Shown here in pieces: positions 61,201 to 64,000 of a stretch of DNA of 64,000 nt (positions within the stretch are counted from its first letter, which is position 1; each line of letters begins with the position of its first letter). Below the pieces are notes generated by a model. The model saw only the letters and a program-made list of their open reading frames with translations, was not told the DNA's origin and did no database searches. Source of the DNA: Eukaryota sp. GEM-RC1 (Eukaryota); contig JAUFOQ010000004.1 of NCBI GenBank assembly GCA_040285855.1, positions 2,418,001 through 2,482,000 on the forward strand, in the 5' to 3' direction. The translations under genes were made by a program, and so were the position numbers.

Positions 61201-63455
61201 TTATTTCTTTTTAGAAGTAAGGTTCATGGATTCAGTAAGGGATCAATTATATTGTATGTGTACATCTTATGGAATAGTTTCCTATTTAGAACCAGTTCTG
61301 GCTGGTTTGTTTGATGATACAGATGTTGACAAATCGTTTGGAAATAGCCGTGGTGATGTCATATTTCCTGGTCTCGATGGATCTTTCATTATTGCTGATG
61401 TTATGTCTATCGACATTTGTAATGGTTCCAACAAGAAACTTGCTAAATCTAACGCTAAAAACCCTCTGTTGATTGGTGAAAAATGTAAAAAAGAAAAAAT
61501 ATTGTGCTAAATTGAATTATTGAATTCGGTTTCACACTCGAATTACTTGTTGTACCCTTTTGTATTTTCACTGTACGGTTCTTTAGATGAATCTGCAACA
61601 TCATTACTTGAAATCTTTTTGTGCTTTTTTGAATGATATTTCTTCAAGCGCTGCGTCTTCTTTTGTTTCTCGTTTGCCAAGAAAATTTTGTTTTAATCTT
61701 AAGGATCATGAATAGCTTATAAACATGAGACTTAGGTTAGGTTTATGGCCTTCAGGTCTTTTGAAGCATTCTCCATGTCTTTGTGGTCGTTCAAAGGCTT
61801 CAAATTTTCATCATTTGGTTAACTGTCATCAATTTATTCATTTTCGATCAATTATTCACAACAGTATCCGGGACACATGCTTGGATATGTTTAAGGCTAA
61901 TGGTTTTCATGGAAAAATTGAACCTTTACTTGCTAATCTTTCTGATCAGCCAAAAGTTGATAGAAGTCGTGGTGATTTGATTGGTCCTTGGTTATCTTGT
62001 CAGGAAATTATCATGGATTTCACGACTGTTGATCCTTGTATTTCAAGATCAATTTCCAAAATTTTTGATGATGATTTTTCTGCTCTGGAAGTGGCTGAAA
62101 AAGGAAAAAATACAAAGTACTGTCACTTAATTAACCAATTGAATGTTGACAGGTGCAATTCTTTTGTGTTTCAACCTTTTGCGATGTCGATATACGGTAA
62201 TATCGGACCAGCTGCACAAGGTTTTTTAACCTCCTTTGGTAAATTGTGTTCTGAGTACGGTAAAGTTTTCAATGAAAATTTTTGGTTGAGTAGGTTAACG
62301 TTTACGTTGTTTCGTTCAATGCACAAATATCTTAATTCAATTTTAGGTAAGTTGTTCGGTGATGGACAGAAGGATTATAGTTTAGATACTTTAGTTAGTG
62401 TCTGTTAGTTATTAACTTCTGCAAATGCATTTATTTCACTGACTGATCATAAACCCCGTTTTTTTTGTGAAGATTGTAAAAGAAAAAACATCTAGAACTT
62501 TTGATCTTGGATTTTGGAAAAGTCGAATTGTGTTTGCTATCTTTAAAGGTATGGTGACTTCTGTATCTAGCGCTTTATTATCTCTTGGCAGACATTTTGA
62601 GGAGATGGTAGGTGAGAATTTCCAGATAGGCAATCTGGACTTTGAGAGGATATTGATTATTACTTTTACGGTTTTTATAGAACAAAAACACTAAAATAAA
62701 CACAAATACTAGAACATATTGATTATTAGATGTATGTAGTGTTGATGTCATTAAATATAAATCCAATTTTTTATGGAACAAAAACACTAAAATAAACACA
62801 AATACTAGAACTCAATATCATTAAAGCAACAATCATTGCCATTAAAACTCACATCAGCTTTTTCTTCATAAAAAACACTGAGAGCCAATAGAGCTTTTGA
62901 AATCAGAAGAAACTTTATTCGGCACCCAATAAGGTAACCTTCCTACAAAACTATGAAATTGTAAAAACAAACAAATAATACTAAGATTAAATCCAAACGA
63001 CTTCATCACCACGCGGTAAAAGATTACGTTTATCAACATTAACCTTCACACCAAACTTGTACAATTTCTCAATTAATCTAGAGAAATAGAAAGGCATGTT
63101 CCGATATAAGGAAAACACTATACGGTTTTTCCATTCAGCCATTCTAAACTTACGCTTCTTTTCTTTACACAATTCATCGAAATCCTTGAAAAATTGATCA
63201 CCAGCAGGACTAATAGATCCAAAAAGAGAAACAGCAAAAGGTTGAAACACAAATTTGGAATATGAGTTTCTATTTAATTCTTCTACTTGAGAGTCATACT
63301 TGGAGTGTTTGAGCTTTTCAGCTGCTGTTAATGGATTAAAAGAAGAATCTAATATCCTACTAACACAAGATTTGTTACATACATCTACTGTAGTAAAATC
63401 CATTAATGATTGACTCGATTTAAGCCACGGAGTATGTAGATCCCCTCTTTTTGAT
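58226..63455. repeat. Right arm of the inverted duplication (lacks ~390 bp corresponding to ~47225-47618)
   Basis: Reverse complement of 44874-50506. Confidence 0.9.
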
Positions 63456-64000
63456 CAGTAAATTCATTTTCTGAAAGATGATTCAAAACTGGTTCAACTT
63501 TAGAGTGCAAACCATGTGCTTTAAACATGAATATATATTGATCATATGTTATGGTTGAATCGGATCGTTTTTACTGTTTTTAAAACAGTTCCCCTAATCA
63601 TCTCCAAAGCTTTATTAGCAGTGAGTTCGTTTTATGAGGACAAAGCTGTTATAAGGTTTGATAGCGACGGGTGTTGTTTTAATGATATCAAAGTCTAGTT
63701 GTTTGATCTATTACATTTATAATAAAAAAAATATATTAAAAAAAAATAAAAACGTATTTTAAAAAAGATAATGGACTTTCTGGATTGATTTTTCAAATTC
63801 CTAAGGTGTTTGGATTACATTTATCTGATGATGCTTAGATGATCAGTATGTGTCTTCGATTAGCTATCATGCCTGCAAATTGATTAAACATTTTAACTTG
63901 CTCTTTTGTGGAGTTTGACGGTGTTTTTCGTCATTTAATACATTGTCGTAGCGTAGTGTCGGAGGTGTTTCGAGGTGTTTAAAACAATTTGAAGTTATTA
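63220..64000. repeat. Start of a direct repeat of 60000-60780 (period ~3.2 kb), running off the window
   Basis: 63220-64000 reiterates 60000-60780 across LINE-family junctions. Confidence 0.88.

Overview
AT-rich, gene-dense eukaryotic DNA, probably from a protist (standard genetic code, tiny 27-36 nt GT-AG introns). Compact host genes recognisable from motifs: SHQ1-like, C2H2-PHD-SET, RPN13-like, RING-WWE, TmcB/C-like membrane protein, NAD-dependent epimerase, PAK/STE20 kinase, HROB-like, GDAP2-like macro domain, CBS-domain protein, PPT1, SLX4-like, TRAF-type zinc finger and ZMYND12-like. They are separated by a patchwork of fragments from at least six families of non-LTR retrotransposons with a restriction-like endonuclease (RLE, CRE-like), plus hAT elements and MITEs with clean 8-bp target-site duplications (TSDs). 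The last 19 kb holds a ~5.5 kb inverted duplication and tandem duplications. The standout is 36.1-39.2 kb: a ~1050-codon decayed Fanzor1 (eukaryotic TnpB-like RNA-guided nuclease). Its N-terminus is fused in frame to a family-B DNA polymerase-type DEDDy 3'-5' exonuclease domain, with no polymerase domain. An intact hAT transposon has inserted immediately after its stop codon, displacing a short structured segment that may be the omega-RNA. Many frameshifts in the window are single-base indels in homopolymers, probably long-read assembly errors. All family assignments are by eye from motifs; no database searches were run.
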